A stretch of 64,000 nucleotides of DNA from Antedon mediterranea (Eukaryota > Animalia > Echinodermata): contig NC_092679.1 of the NCBI RefSeq assembly GCF_964355755.1, positions 7,966,201-8,030,200 of the forward strand, given 5' to 3'. Below the pieces are notes generated by a model, which did no database searches, was not told the DNA's origin, and worked only from the letters and a program-made list of their open reading frames with translations. The position numbers and the translations under genes were made by a program. Of the stretch, positions 63,230-64,000 are shown one piece after another. Position 1 is the stretch's first letter; each line of letters begins with the position of its first letter.

Positions 63230-64000
63230 TATTCTTTCCTTAGCACTATTTTGTCCGTGCATTATCTTGGCATCAGTTTAATCTAGCTAAGTCAAGTTTT
63301 CAGAGTATATTCCTCATGGCCAGGAATCGATGTCGTTATATTTTCACGATGCGTAATCAAAAATTACGCGGTCTACGCGCGATTTTACGAAATCACGTTT
63401 GTAATCATATCTTCACAAGCATGAATCACAATTAAACAAAATTTGGTACTCATAAATTTCAGGTCATATTTCATCATATGGCAATGAAATTACGTGCGTA
63501 GCGCATATAACGCTTGCGTACGCGCGCTTAAAATGTTCAAAATTGTCAAAATTTATTTTCGATGAAATTAGAGTACGTTTCAGGCAATTTTAAGCGTTTA
63601 AAAAAATGCCATGAGTGCGCAGATTTTTGCACGCGCACTGCGCGTTAAACGTTAATGCGCACTCTTTTTGCCCGATTTCTGTTTTACAATCTTTCTTTAA
63701 TAATATCATCATATTTGATTCAGGTTTCAACTCGAAATTGCGTTATACGAGCACGTCAAAAGTGACTGGCTACGCACGTATAAGTTAACAAAATGGTGAA
63801 AATATGCTAAATTTTAAAATTAATATATATCGTCAGAATGCAGGGGAACACCTATTTTTTATTTCATTTTCTTGAAGTGTATGTATCATATGTATGATTT
63901 ATTATCAAATAAAGAGAACAAAAGTTGATTAAGTCATCATTAATTGCATATTAAATTTTAAAAAAATAATTTCGACAATCAAACAAATTATGACATTTTC
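63230..64000 (+). mobile_element. Repeat homologous to the interior of 14529-21042 (Helentron-like family), probably running off the window
   Basis: 63270-63800 is a diverged reverse complement of 14640-15150 plus 20886-20900. Confidence 0.7.

Overview
AT-rich animal genomic DNA with short GT-AG introns. It is probably an invertebrate deuterostome such as an echinoderm, but that is inference only; it is not prokaryotic. I spliced eight protein-coding genes by hand: AP2S1 (-), POLR1C (+), an unusual TM/zinc-finger/LRR/BC-box protein (+), an intronless class A GPCR (+), TMED10 (+), an unidentified ~106-aa protein (-), MRPL4 (+) and an SLC46-family MFS transporter (-). A complete selenocysteine tRNA gene, with candidate TATA, PSE and octamer elements, sits antisense inside TMED10 intron 3. 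A degenerate tRNA-like gene lies upstream of TMED10. Much of the remainder is transposon-derived: two multi-level nested insertions (13.5-22.2 kb and 55.7-62.4 kb), a deleted Gypsy element with a satellite expanded inside its LTR, a long-TIR Academ-like element, several MITEs, and tandem arrays with 41, 52, 61, 97 and ~112 bp units. No CRISPR array is present. Transposon superfamily names are inferred from termini and target-site duplications (TSDs), not from database searches.
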